A stretch of DNA of 64,000 bases, taken from positions 46,810,001 through 46,874,000 of the forward strand of contig OX597825.1 in assembly GCA_951406725.2 (NCBI GenBank), in the 5' to 3' direction. The DNA is from Octopus vulgaris (lineage: Eukaryota). A program made the translations under genes and the position numbers. The notes beneath the pieces were generated by a model. The model was not told the origin of the DNA. It did no database searches and saw only the letters and a list, made by a program, of their open reading frames with translations. Below, one piece after another: positions 1-12,400 of the stretch (positions are counted from its first letter, which is position 1; each line of letters opens with the position of its first letter).

Positions 1-3000
1 TAAAGCAGGAGAAACAAACGAAAACAAAGGCACCAGTGGGCCGGCAGGCTGAGAATGGATGTAGTCCCAAGGTGGGTTCACAAGGAAAATGAAATAGAAC
101 CTGCAAATGTAAAAAAGGAAACCAAGCCTGTCTGCAAGTTCTATGTAAAGGGTACCTGCTGGCATGGTGGTATTGGGACAGGCGGCAGATTTGCTTATCC
201 CCAATCCCATATGAGCAGTGCTCGTTCCACTCGCCTGAAGACCAAGTAGAACAGCCTCCAACGATACAGTATCAGATCACAAGATACCATTGTATCACAA
301 TGGAAGTGTGTGGATGGAGCACACACTGCTCCTAGGAGGAAACAAATTGTCGATGCAGTGCAGATATCGGCTGCTGAACAGCAGGCTGTTTTGGAGGTTG
401 CACAGAAAATTGTAAGGCAGCTGACCTGACTTCACCAGACATCCAATATGAGGAATAATTATCAGTACCCATGACCACTTCAAACAACAAAAGATCCGGG
501 TGGCCACCTCTGACACCTCTGTGCATGTCAGACCAGTGGCCACTACCAACACCTTACATGTCACACCAGTATTCTTGCTGAACATCAGGGGCCTCGTAAC
601 GTCCCAACATCGCAAAACACAGTACCTGAAAGACATAGTGGCATGTAATCAAGCAATATGTGTGTCACTAACAGAAACACATCTGAATGTGGACATATCA
701 GATGCTGAAATGCACATACCAGGGTATGTTGTGTTTCGAACTGACAGGAGAGAAAGGACTCATGGTGGAGTGGCAATGTACATCTGGGAAAATGTCACGC
801 CCGTGGTCCTGCTGTCAAACTCAAACACAGTTTGTGACACCTTGGTGGTACTCATTAAACAGATGAAACTACTAATATGTACCGTGTATCGCCCACCCGA
901 TGCTCCAAATCATGGGGATTCATTTGAAGAGAGTCTCCAAGAAATGTGAAAAGTATTAACCAGCCTGGATGACATCCTGCACATACTTTTCTTAGAGAAT
1001 TTCAATCTTCCTTATGTCAAATGATCTGAGGGCCACCTTCTCTCAGGTATGTCACTGCATGACCTGAGGCATGCAGAATCTCTGCTTGACCTCACTAACA
1101 TACTCTTTATGGAGCAAATAGTGCTCCACCCAACTAGGGGAAAAATGTCCTGGACCCCTGTTTTACAAACAACACGGCGCTCATCCATAATGCTAGGGTG
1201 CTACCAACGATTTTCTCGGACCATAACTAAATAGAACTAACAACGTGTGGTCCGCAGAAGACTACAGACGTGCAGGCTACTAGAAGCACCCAACTCCTCT
1301 CCAGCTTGAACTTTCACAAAGCTGATTGGAAGGGTATCGAGAAAGATACCCTTCTGGTCTGCCAGTTTCTCTGACAGAAGACATGACAATCATGCATGAC
1401 ATCTGCAGTGAATTTGCTCCAGAGAGAATGCCAAGCCAGCAGAAAAATATAATACCCAGGGATAGGAGAATTCTAATGAGATGACGAGCAAAAATCACAA
1501 ATCGTCTAAATGGACAACTGAAGGATAACAAACGATCCTACCTAAAACTATCATTGTTCGAGATCGAAAACGGACTCTAACGCTTCCATGAAAAAGAGAG
1601 GGCAGAAAAGGAGGCCAGGGCTGTCAAAAATATTAAGACAAAAACTATAAATACGCAAAAGAATCTGCTTCAGTACGGTGCAAAATAGGGCTACAGCTTG
1701 AAGAAAATGGCTCACCGACTGCAGATCCCCAGAGGATCAGTGAAAAACTGAATGTGCAATACAAGGGTGCTTTCATCACTCCACTAGGACACTTGCGAGT
1801 AGCTATGCCTGATGAGTTCTTTGGCAATTATTGACAGCATCAACACAGAGGAAACTGATGAGATGAGCTCAAACTCAGCAACAGGTCCTGATGTATTCCC
1901 AGCAATCCTCCTAAAGAAATTCAAAGGGGCTCTAGCTAGATCACTTCATATTCTCTTCCAGAGCTTCCTCACAACAGGGAGACTTCCCAAAAAGTTAAAG
2001 GAAGGCATTATATGCCCTATCCATAAGTGGGGTAGCAGAGCAGACGCTAAGAATTATATATCTGTCGCTCTAACTTCTCATGTCAGCAAAGTCATGGAGT
2101 GCATTGTGAGGAAGAAACTAATTGCGTTCCTTGAAAATAATGACTTGTTTTCTGACATCCAGCATGGCTTCTGCTCAGGCAGAAACTGCCTTACACAACT
2201 TTTGCAACACTATGACTGGGTGTTGAAACAATTAATGATTCGCTGAAATGTAAATGCGATAAGGCTGATCATGGGATGATGTCAAATTACAGAGATTCGG
2301 CATAACTGAGAAAATCGGAGAGTGGTTGCATGACTTCTTAAAAGCCAGAAGCCAGGTTGTAGCAGCCAACGGAACCCTCTCCACGGATACATTAATAGTA
2401 AGTGAGGTGCCTCAGGGAATTGTATTGAGGCCACTACTGTTCATGGTGAATCTTTCAGACATGCCATTAGTTACACAGATAGCCACACTTATTAGCTATA
2501 CCAACGACACAAAAGTAGTACAAGCAGTGAAGGGACCTTCTGATGCTAATCTTCTACAGAAAGACCTAGACGCCATATATAATTGAGCTGAAGACAGCAA
2601 CATACAATTTAATGCAGGCAAACTCCAAGCTCTCCGCTACCTGATAATTTGGTGCTCAGAAGTCACAACAATGATACTTTGGACCAAAAGGAGCGGCAAT
2701 CCTAGAATCACATACGGTGCGTGATCTTGAGATTGATATGAGCAACGATGCCTCATTTCACAAGCCTGTCACCAAGATGGTGGCAGTATGCAGGCAAATG
2801 TCCGGATGAATTCTGAGAACCTTCAGAACAAGGGACCAGGAAACTATGCTGGTCCTATGGAGGACATTTGTCTTCAACCGTCTGGACTACTGTTCTCAAC
2901 TGTGGTCACCCTACACTGTAGGATTAATAAAAGAACTTGAGGCGGTTCAGCGATACTACACGAGGAAGATTGCATCAATGGAACGACTGAGCTATTGGCA

Positions 3001-3235
3001 GAGACTGAAAGAGCTACGACTCTATTCCCTGGAGTGAAGACGAGAGAGTTAAGCAGTGATATATGAGTGGAAGATGCTGGAGGGAGTGGCATCAATCTTT
3101 GGAATTGAGAATTATACCAGACCTCGAAATGGACGTCACTGCACTGTTCCAAAAGTCCCAGCTGTCTCACCTAGGGCGAGGACCATGTACTGCAATAGAT
3201 TGGGATTCAAAGGCTCATAGCTATTTAACTCAGCA
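1..3235 (+). mobile_element. Decayed CR1/L2-group non-LTR retrotransposon (ORF1 end, APE endonuclease, RT), 3'-truncated
   Basis: ORF 55-249 has CKFYVKGTCWHG (CCCH-like). ORF 500-949 has APE motifs LLNIRGL, LTETHL, RTDR..HGGVAMY, VYRPP. RT pieces: ATGPDVFPA, PIHK..NY.SVALTS, QHGF, VPQG..L.PLLF, YTNDTK. C-terminal LDYCSQLWSP and LSYW.RLKELRLYSLE. Many stops and frameshifts. Confidence 0.85.
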
Positions 3236-3537
3236 TTTATGGTTGAAGAGAAATAATATGAGTGATTATAGTGGCTTTATAGCGGTTTTGACAGCTATTT
3301 CTAGGCATATAAGGGTTTTTAACCCCCTCTGTTATGATTGTGATTTATTCACAATTATTGCTCTCTTCTTATATAATAATTCTGGTCACTGGTATATTCG
3401 TGTATAATTTTGAATTGTCTACAATATATCCTGGGTAATGTATTTTTATATTCATTCACCTTATAACCGTTGAAAGTACAAACTAGAGATCTCTTACCTT
3501 CGTGCGCTCAGGACAGCATGTCCTGAGCGATGAAACA

Positions 3538-4128
3538 ACTATTGGAAGGTGACAGCAGATTTACTAGGGTGCCAAGGATTATTTCCCATCCCAGTTACTT
3601 AAAAACGGACATGTTAATGTGGTGTGAAAGAAAGTTGTGAATCTAGTCGAGTTAACGGTTCCTCGTGAAGATAACATGGACGCCGCTGGGGCTCTAAAGA
3701 TGTAAACCTCCTCGAGGAATGTAATGACACAGGCTGGAAAGCGGAGCGTTTTCCAATCGAAGTCAGATGTAGAGGGTCTGTTGGACACAATGTGAGGCGA
3801 CTGTTGTTATCGTTGGTCCTAACTCATCATAAAGTAAATACCACCATGACCGATATCCAAACTACAGTGGAAAAGGCTAGAAGCTGAATTTGGTTAAAAA
3901 GAGACGATGAGCGATGGCTAGAAGAATATTAAGCTTTATTTGATAACCAGTTGATCTAGCAAGCGGGGCCTCATATCAGTGAAGGGGCCAGTACGCATTG
4001 ATGCTGTCGCGAGGCAGGCCTCGAAATGTCGCGCATTCTCTCCTGATGACCCCATACACTTGCTGGCTCCCGGTATGCGGAGTTCACGACTGGTAACATT
4101 TACATGTGCAAGTTGTTTGCAAAACATT
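3538..4128 (+). mobile_element. HERO-like RLE non-LTR retrotransposon, 3' fragment (copy 1)
   Basis: Frameshifted VELTVP.EDN, PIEV.CRG and IWLKRDD motifs of a restriction-like endonuclease domain plus 3' UTR. Reverse-complement homologue of 16207-16800. Confidence 0.75.
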
Positions 4129-4651
4129 TAAGGCGGCGAGTCGGTAGAAACGTTAGGTGGTATTTATAGATACCACCCAATAAGTAAATAATTAAGTATA
4201 TGATAGAATATTAAACTAATTCTATGTAATCTCTTTCTATTGTTGATAATATGGTATATATACTTCATCATGGTTTTAGCCATTAAACTATTTATTCCTT
4301 TCTGTGGTGTTCTACTCTACTGATCATATTATTATTTTTATAATGGCCTTTATGTAAGTAGACCTCCTAATTATGTACCCAAAGGAAATTATATTAGCTT
4401 GTGTATAATAGCACCGGTAACTTCACAACTTATAATATACCTCTTAGCTTATAATTAATATATAGTTAGCATGTTTTATCGCTTCAGTATTCCATTAGTA
4501 AATACCGGGATCATTCTTTATAGATACCACCTAATAAGTAAATAATTAAGTATATGAATGAATATTAAACTAATTCTATGTAATTTTCTCTCTCAATTGT
4601 TGAAAAGTTTGGTATATATACAAAATTTACCTTTTTCGTTATAATATCTTT

Positions 4652-5090
4652 CATGGACGCCGCTCGGGCCCTAAAGATGTAAACCTTATCGAGGAATGTG
4701 ATGACACAGGCTGGAAAGCGGAGCATGTTCCAATCGAAGTCAGATGTAGAGGGTCTGTTGGACACAATGTGAGGCGACTGTTGTTATCGTTGGTCCTAAC
4801 TCATCGTAAAGTAAATACCACCATGACCGATATCCAAACTACAGTGGAAAAGGCTAGAAGCTGAATTTGGTTAAAAAGAGACGATGAGCGATGGCTAGAA
4901 GAATATTAAGCTTTATTTGATAACCAGTTGATCTAGCAAGCGGGGCCTCATATCAGTGAAGGGAACTCGGTGTGCATTGATGCCGTCGAGAGGTAGGCCT
5001 CGAAATGTCGCGCATTCTCTCCTGATGACCCCATACACTTGCTGGCTCCCGGTATGCGGAGTTCACGACTGGTAGCATTTACATGTGCAA
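4652..5090 (+). mobile_element. HERO-like 3' fragment (copy 2), direct repeat of 3675-4110
   Basis: Near-identical sequence from CATGGACGCCGCT to CATTTACATGTGCAA. Confidence 0.8.
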
Positions 5091-5536
5091 ACATAGCAAT
5101 ATTGTTTAAATCACTCCCCTATAGTACCCCATGATAAAATTTCCTCTGTATTGTCATCATTGGTTTTATTAGCGTCTCGCTCCTTTAACTGGTAATTAGC
5201 ATCTTGATTTGATGTTTTCCACTACCCAACCTCATTGTAGTCAGTTACTTTATATTACTTCAAAATAATCTTGAGAAGTTTTATGACCATACCCACTATG
5301 CACACTGTCAACTCACTCCTGCCCTTTCCTAACAGACACAATCCTCTAGTCTTAGATTTGGTAATTGATAAACAAGACTAATAAATTAAAACTGAACCAA
5401 AATCCGTTACAAGCTATGACCCCCAACAAACTTTTTTCCTAGTGTCTGTTTTTGCCTGTCCTCTTACTCTAATAGAGCATTTAAGTAAAATTATATTAAT
5501 GTGTCCGACTGATTAAAAAATTCTATTTATCTATTT

Positions 5537-5622
5537 ATGTAGCCGATGATAGCCCTGAATTTAAACTGATGTAATGATTGCTTTTCAATTAAATGGAGTC
5601 GCTTGAAACGGTCGTACTGCAT
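5537..5622 (+). ncRNA. Type I hammerhead ribozyme-like motif, degenerate core
   Basis: Stem I ATGTAG/CTGCAT (6 bp, one G:U). Core CCGATGA (U4>C). Long stem II region, then GAAA, near-palindromic stem III CGGTCG and GTA cleavage triplet. Confidence 0.5.
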
Positions 5623-5654
5623 CATTTCTGGATATCCTCTTGCTTATTTTGATA

Positions 5655-5698
5655 TACATACATACATACATACATACATACATACATACATACATACA

Positions 5699-5760
<62 letters not shown>
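5655..5760. repeat. (CATA)n-(TA)n compound microsatellite
   Basis: Directly visible. Confidence 0.97.
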
Positions 5761-5764
<4 letters not shown>

Positions 5765-5850
5765 GTTCAAATTTACAGAAAAACAAAAGAAAAAGACAGG
5801 TGTATGAACAACAAGTAGGTGTATTAGTTTGACGCTCGGGAAAGTGAGAA

Positions 5851-5888
5851 AGTCTTGCACATTTCGAGCCAACGCTCTTCAACAGAGA
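5851..5888 (-). ncRNA. Minimal hammerhead-like motif in a short Penelope-type repeat (degenerate)
   Basis: Minus strand reads TCTG-TTGAAGA-GCGTTGGCTC-GAAA-TGTGCAAGAC. The GAGC/GCTC hairpin overlaps the core and C3 is mutated. Confidence 0.3.
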
Positions 5889-5975
5889 GGAATAAGAGAA
5901 AAAAAAACTTATGGATTTAGCGGTCAATCATGGTAACTGGTTGGAAAAATATGTTTGACAGGAGAGGTAGAAAGA

Positions 5976-6328
5976 AGGCGTGGCAGTGTGGTAAGAAGCT
6001 TGCTTCCCAAACACATGGCTCCGGGTTCAGTCCCGTGCAAATGCCTTCTGCTATAACCTGGAGCCGACCAAAGCCTTTGAGTGGATTTGGTAGACAGAAA
6101 CTGAAAGAAGCCCATCGTATGTATGTATGTATGTATGTATGTATGTATGTATGTATGTATGTATGTATGTATGTATGTATGTATGTGTGTGTGTGTGTGT
6201 ATATATGCATGTATGTATATATTTGCATGTTTGTGCTTGTTCCCCCACCATCGTTTGACAACCGATGTTGGTGTGTTTACGTCCCCGTAACTGAGCGGTC
6301 CGGCAAAAGAGACCGATAGAATAAGTAC
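5976..6328 (+). mobile_element. tRNA-derived SINE, family A, with internal (TATG)n, 3'-truncated
   Basis: A-box-like GTGGCAGTGTGG and B-box-like GGTTCAGTCCC. Homologous to 51421-51825, 51885-52200 and 62843-63245. Confidence 0.85.
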
Positions 6329-6721
6329 AACATTTGGGAAACTTGATTGGTCTGTAGAGGAAATCCACTCTATAGATATCAACACCTGCAAAATCCTGAC
6401 AACGACTGGGAACTTCCGCAGAAACAGTGATGTTGTCTGGCTTTACCTAAGTAGAAATGAAGGTAGTAGAAGCCTGAGATCAGTGCTGACGACCTTCAAA
6501 TGCCGTATGGTATCATTCAAGCTGTACCTGCTAAACAACAGCATCAAAAATAAATATATAAATTCAATGCTGAAAAGTGAAGTGAGCAACATTGTACGAG
6601 TTGGTAGTGAACTCCTCAAGAAACACTCTCTTCCCGATGATCTCCTATACAGCCCCAAATCAGTTGGGCTCTCTTACCTCAGAGACGACCTGGCTGGAAA
6701 GCATTCAGCATACAGAAAAAG
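6329..6721 (+). mobile_element. Dong/R4-like LINE fragment
   Basis: KILTTTGNFRRNSDVVWLYLSRNEGSRSL resembles the MHHPKSDIERLYIQRIEGGRGL block of the Dong-like copy at 33212-33577. Confidence 0.55.
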
Positions 6722-7580
6722 TACCTGGCACCTGTTGTATTGTCTAGCTTTGTTTTGAGCACATCCTTTATTGAGTTAAATAACTTCCTTATTCTCTTTG
6801 CTCTTATTCCCTTTGAGGTCTCAGCATCCATATTTCGGCGATACATTGTGTGCCCTTAATAGACGTATTCTTGTACCTTCTTGATTTCATTACTTCCTAC
6901 CGCTATTCGGTCTTGTGCTGCGTCTTGTGCTACGTTTTTATGCTGTTTATTTTAAGACTTACTACTAAGTTCCGAGTGTCCAGCTCTGTTAGCATAGTCT
7001 GCAGCTGGTCTATGGTTTCAGTGATGAGTATAACGTAATCTACAAATTAGAGATATGTTAGTTGCTCACTGATGATTTGAAAAGGTTGGTGTAGAAAGTT
7101 TTGCATGCCCCCTCCATCTCCCCTTGTTCTTAAACGTCGTCACTTACGACATATAGAGTGTCAGCCCTCTCCTGAATTTTTATAAACGTTTTGCTTTTTT
7201 CTGCAGCTTACATCAATTCCTTCAGTCTCTAATTCTCGAAGGTATTTCTTAGACGTTGCCTTATCACTTTGCAGAGAACTGAATACTCAAGGTGATCTTT
7301 CATGTTTCTCTTCAGTGATGTCCGTTTTCCTAGCATTTTCTCAGCCTTTTCCAGGATTCTTCAGAGATTCTTCCGTCAGGCTGTCGTTGGCTTGCAGTTT
7401 TTGCTTTCCATATGCAACTTTTGATTTTCTGGATCAGTAAATTGTAGTCCTCAACACGCTCTTCAATTTGACTACAAATTTCCTTCTTGATAGTTTCTCG
7501 CAGTTGTTTGACACCAAAGGCCTTGAACTGTTGATGCCTCATTGAGATATACAGAGCCTTTTTCTCTGGTTTCATTGATC
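6722..7580 (-). mobile_element. Highly decayed RTE-like LINE fragment
   Basis: Minus-strand LTYL*FVDYVILITETIDQLQTMLTEL..VSLKIN..KT, a degenerate LRFADDIVL..LQ.ML..L..GLKIN..KT block. Confidence 0.55.
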
Positions 7581-8269
7581 ACGATTTCACCCGTAGCAAT
7601 CTCTCGCACCTTCCGCTTTTTCCAGTCTCACAACACTTCCATCTATGTTGAATGGCGCTACTGCTGAAACGTCCTGCAATATACGCCGTTTATCGACCAG
7701 GAGGAAACTGAAGGAGAAGGGTGGGAAATAATCTCCAGGCAAAAAAGAAAACGACCCTCCCCATCCAACTCCAATAGCCCTATAATAAAAATAACCCAAC
7801 AATAAACAGTGCACATGACCACAAAAAAATTCCAGCCCAAGATGTTCCCCTTCCAACTAAACATGAATTATACTGCTGTAATGACGACTAACAAATTACT
7901 ACTGCAGAAATGAAAAGAAGTGCCCAATGTGGAAAACAACAAAAAACTTTAAAGGGGGAAACGTCCCCAAAGATATTGCGATCTATAGACAGACAGAACT
8001 ATGATATTTTAATAAACCGATCCAAAGACGACAAAGGCCCCCTGAGGAAAGACTTTTTCCTACAAATGTTTGGAGGCCTAATCAACGACACTTCGCAAGC
8101 CCCGGACGAAAATCCAAAGGAATGAGATGGTTGTGATGCCCCATCTCCAGTTATAATTACAACTATCATGGATACACTTAATATAGGATGTTTAAATGTA
8201 CGCGGTCTGCGGTCAGAGTGAAAACAAGATCGTTTCCTTAATGACTTCAGGTCGCATAGAATGGATATT

Positions 8270-8686
8270 TATTTCTTTATTGCCGACAGGGGGCTAAACA
8301 TAGAGGGGACAAACAAGGACAGACAAAGGGATTAAGTCGATTACATCGACCTCAGTGCATAACTGGTACTCATTTAATCGATACCAAAAGAATGAAAGGC
8401 AACATCGACCTCGGCGGAATTTGAACTCAGAACGTAGCGGCAGATGAAATACCTATTTCTTTACTACCCACAAGGGGCTAAACACAGAGAGGACAAACAA
8501 GGACAGACAAACGGATTAAGTCGATTACATTGACCTCAGTGCGTAACTGGTACTTATTTACTCGACCCCGAAAGGATGAAAGGCAAAGTCGACCTCGGCG
8601 GAATTTGAACTCAGAACGTAACAGCAGACGAAATACCGCTAAGCATTTCGCCCAGCGTGCTAACGATTCTGCCAGTTCGCCGCCCT
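8270..8686 (-). mobile_element. tRNA-derived SINE, family B, dimeric form, with 19-bp target-site duplication
   Basis: TSD GTCGCATAGAATGGATATT at 8251-8269 and 8687-8705. Head GGCGGCGAACTGGCAGAATCG, B box GAGTTCAAATTCC, core GTCGACTTTGCCTTTCATCCTTTCGGGGTCGA. The 3' part is duplicated. Confidence 0.92.
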
Positions 8687-11184
8687 GTCGCATAGAATGG
8701 ATATTGTAGTTGCTACAGAGTCCAGACTGAGTAGTCAACGAGGCTTTTCCCCACTCCTAAACGTGCACAAAAAATGATTTCTCCATGTCAACCTGGAGGC
8801 AGGAGAGGTGCCACTGTGCTGCTCAGAAATCTGGATTTAGAGAAAGAAATATCTTTATCGACCCGGAAGGTAGGTTGGTCGTTCTTGACGTGACAATAAG
8901 CAGCGATCAGGTCTTCAGGTTGGTAGCTGTCTACACTCTCATGGGAGCTGGACAGGCTGATTTTTTTCGAAGCCTGGAGAAGTTTCTAGGGACATCTCAC
9001 ACCATAGTAATGTAGGTGATTTTAATGTAATCTGCGATGCACGCGTAGAATACGTTGGCTCGTCTATTGATAGGATAGCACTAATGGCACCACAAGGTCC
9101 TTGACAATTAATCAAGGAAACTTGGTAAACGAACCCGAGGAGATGTGTAAGGTCTTTCAGGAGCATTTCGTTCTGCTCTTCGGGAGGGGCAGCGGGCCGG
9201 AGTGTAGGAGGGACCTCACGGACTTCCTCGCTGGCGTGCCGCGTCTCTCTGGGTGGGAAGCGGAGTGCTGTGAAGGGCCGATCACATCTGTAGAGTTGCA
9301 GGAGACTTTGTCGGACTGCGGCGGGGACAAGTCACTGGGACTAGATGCCCCCCTACGAGCTTTATAACAGAATGCCAGACTTGTTTGGGCACCTACTGGC
9401 ATGCGTCTTCCCTAACTGGTAACAGAATGGGTTTCTACCCAGATCTGAGAACCGGGATGTGGTGACGCTGCTTAGAAAGGTACTAAATAAGGTGATATTG
9501 TAGGTAATTTCAGGCCCACCACTCTGCTTAACATAGAGTTGAAGATTTTGGCCGAGGTGTTAGCTAAAAGGTTGGCGCGTGTCGTTAGTGGACTCGTCGG
9601 GAGGCACAAACTTGTACCGTTCCTGGAAGATCCATACACGACAATCTCCACCTTCTACGCTGTATCTTGGAGAGGGTTAATGAGTTTCCTGGCAAGGGTC
9701 GGGCGCTGGTCCATTTGGACTAGTCTTAAGCTTTTGACAGGGTTGAGCATCGGTATCTGGTGTCGGTCCTCGCGGTGTTCGCGCCAGGGTGGATCAGTGC
9801 CTTATACAGCATCATCGACGTGTTCTTCTCGAAGGCATTCAACATCAAGCGTTCTGTTTGTCAAGGGTATCTCTTCTCTTCACTTCTGTACGTATTGGCT
9901 CTGGAGCCCTTACTACGGAAGTTGGCGGGTTTCAGGGGCGTCTAACGCAATCTAGGTTGCAGTAGGAAGGTTTTAGCGTTCGTGAATGACATCACCACCA
10001 TCGTGTCTGAGATTATACACCTACAGAGGGTAAGTGAGGCCATTAAGGACTACGAAGCGGTGGCAGGAGCAAGAGTTAACCGGGATAAGTCAGTTGGCTT
10101 AGAATACGGCATCTGGAGAGGAAAGATGATACCTCCCAACAACGTTGTAGGGCGTTGGATGGAGGGGCCGGTTAAAATGCTAGGGGTTTGGTCCAGACCT
10201 CCAGATAGAGAAGAATTGGGGTGAGGTGACGAGCAGTGTGACCCACTAACTCAGACCTGGTCTGAGTGGCGGCTATCCCTGAAAGGAAGGGCGGAGGTCG
10301 CAGAAGTGTTTATCGCTTCTGCGATTACCTATCTCCTAACCGTCGTGCCTTGCCCCTTTTCGTGGATGACAAGTTGGAGCGTCTGCTTTTCCGCTTTTTG
10401 TGGAGGAGTAGAGCTCCTCTTGCAAGGCTCTCTGTTAGCACCCGCTAAAGGGTGGGCTAGGTATGCCTTGTCTTTTGATGCGTAAACATGCAGAGAAGCT
10501 GAGGCATCTGTGGGTCTACTTGGATGGTCTCCGTTCGTTCAGTCGTTACTCCCCAAGTTTACTAGTTTGAGTAAACTAGGACCTTGGATCAAGTGTAGAC
10601 CAAAGTTGGGTGCATGACAAGCAGAGTGCCGTCAGGCACTCTTGCTTCTCTCTCGCACGGGCAACAGCAGCAGTGGGGGTTCCACCTCAGCTTTCTATAG
10701 AGGGTTGGTAGAGGCTAAATGTGACGACGTCCTTGGGGGTGGTGACTCTAGGTTTCGATGAGGGTCAACCAGCGGGCCTGTTCCGAAGGACATTCGGGTC
10801 AGAACCCTTGGATAACTTCCAAGGTTTCCTGGCCTGGCAGTGTTACCAGTTGGCGATAAACTCGCAAGGCATGGTGCCCCTTGTTCACTCATGTGTTCAA
10901 GATGCGAACAGGACAAGGCAACCGTTCTGCACGCAGTTGTGCTTTACCCACAAATCTTTGAGATGTGGGTTTACGTTGAACATATGTTGTCACGGGTAGG
11001 AAGAGTACAACTGTCTTCCTAGTCGATTGTAAAGATTGTTCCTCCTTGCTTTTTTAACAAAGATGGCAAGGCTTGTTTTCTCGCAGTGATCGCTATAGAG
11101 AAATAAGTGGTATGGAAGACCAGTGTGAAAGGAATCGTGACAGGCACCTTCACCTCCAGCTTTGGGCTTATCCATTTCCTCATT

Positions 11185-12400
11185 TATTAGGTAGTCATGT
11201 ATGAATTTTTTAGAAAAGAAAAAAAGTTTGCCAATGTTTTATAAATACAAGGAATAGTTTTATTCATCAAATATGCATCCATACTGTCAATAGACTTTTG
11301 CCATTTCAGCAATCTAGAGTCGATAAAACCCCAGAAGGCCTGTTTTACAGCATCGTCGGAATTAAATTTTTTCCTATCAAAAAGTTATCCAAATTCTGAA
11401 AGAAGTGGTAGTCAGTGGGGGCAAGATCAGGTGAGTATGGTGGATGATGAACTTACAGCTCCAACTCCTGTAGTTTCGCCAATGTCATCTTTGCGATGTA
11501 TGATCTGGCGTTGTCTTGCAATAAAATAGGAATGGATCTGTTGACTAATCTAGCTGTTTTTGTAATTTTCTGCATCGTTTGGTCCAGTGGACTGCAGTAT
11601 ACTTCGTCCGTGGTTGATGAGCCAGGTTTAATGAAATCATAATGGATTACACCTGCGCTAGACCACCAAACACACACCATTAGCTTCTTTTGATGAATTT
11701 TACATTTTGGACTGTGTCTTGGTGGCTCGTTGTCCAAACATTGTGTTGAACGTTTACGGTTGTTGTATTGGATCCATTTCTCATCACATGTTACAATTTG
11801 ATTAGAAAATGATACATTTTTGTGACGAGAAAGTAGTATAATGCAGGCTTCCAAATGTTGCCTTTTCTGATTTTCATTGAGTTCATGTGGAACCCACTTA
11901 TACAACTTTTTCACTTTACCCATTTGAACTAGGTGAGTCAATTTTGTTTGCTTGCTAACAACAAACAACAACGATAATTCATGTGCACTTTGAGATGGAT
12001 ATAACTCGATGGTGGCGTTCAGTTTGTCATTATCTGCCTTTGTTTCTGGTCGACCGCGTTGCTCATTTGTGAGGTCAAAGTTATCAGAACGAAATTTTGC
12101 AAACCAATTTGATACTGTCTGCTCCATTAACATTCTGAGCTGTCTGTGATGCTGTATTTCCAAGAAAAACTCATATTTCAAAACTGTACGAATTTCCGAC
12201 TTATCCATCTCTAAACAAAAATAGCAAAAAACGAGTTATAAATACTTTATAAAGCGCAAAATGAGTTAGAATAAAGAAATAGATATATCAGCTTTCTACC
12301 AAAAAATAAAGATTGTCAAAATATAATAGTAGCGCAAAATGACCAGCTGTCAAAGTTTACGATATACCTTACTACAAATTTTATAGTTGACGGCCTAATA
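11185..12400 (-). mobile_element. Mariner DNA transposon (family 1), full length, TA TSD
   Basis: Imperfect TIRs TATTAGGTAGTCATGTATGAATT / AATTTTATAGTTGACGGCCTAATA. Inserted at a TA in a Tyr codon of the Tx1 ORF. Confidence 0.9.
11260..12208 (-). pseudogene. Mariner DD34D transposase pseudogene
   Basis: ORF 11453-12208 has WVPHEL, TCDEKW and LLQDNA. HPPYSPDLAPTDY follows in a shifted frame. Confidence 0.9.

Noticed and set aside
3504-3537. Perfect hairpin CGCTCAGGACA/TGTCCTGAGCG followed by GAAA
   Set aside because: There is no CUGANGA upstream and the 3' side is cut by the HERO fragment. At most a truncated relic.
3995-4055. Hammerhead in the HERO-like 3' UTR (GAAA and CTGATGA nearby)
   Set aside because: Stems I-III cannot be built around a canonical core in any topology, and CTGATGA is not kept in the 16207-18525 copy.
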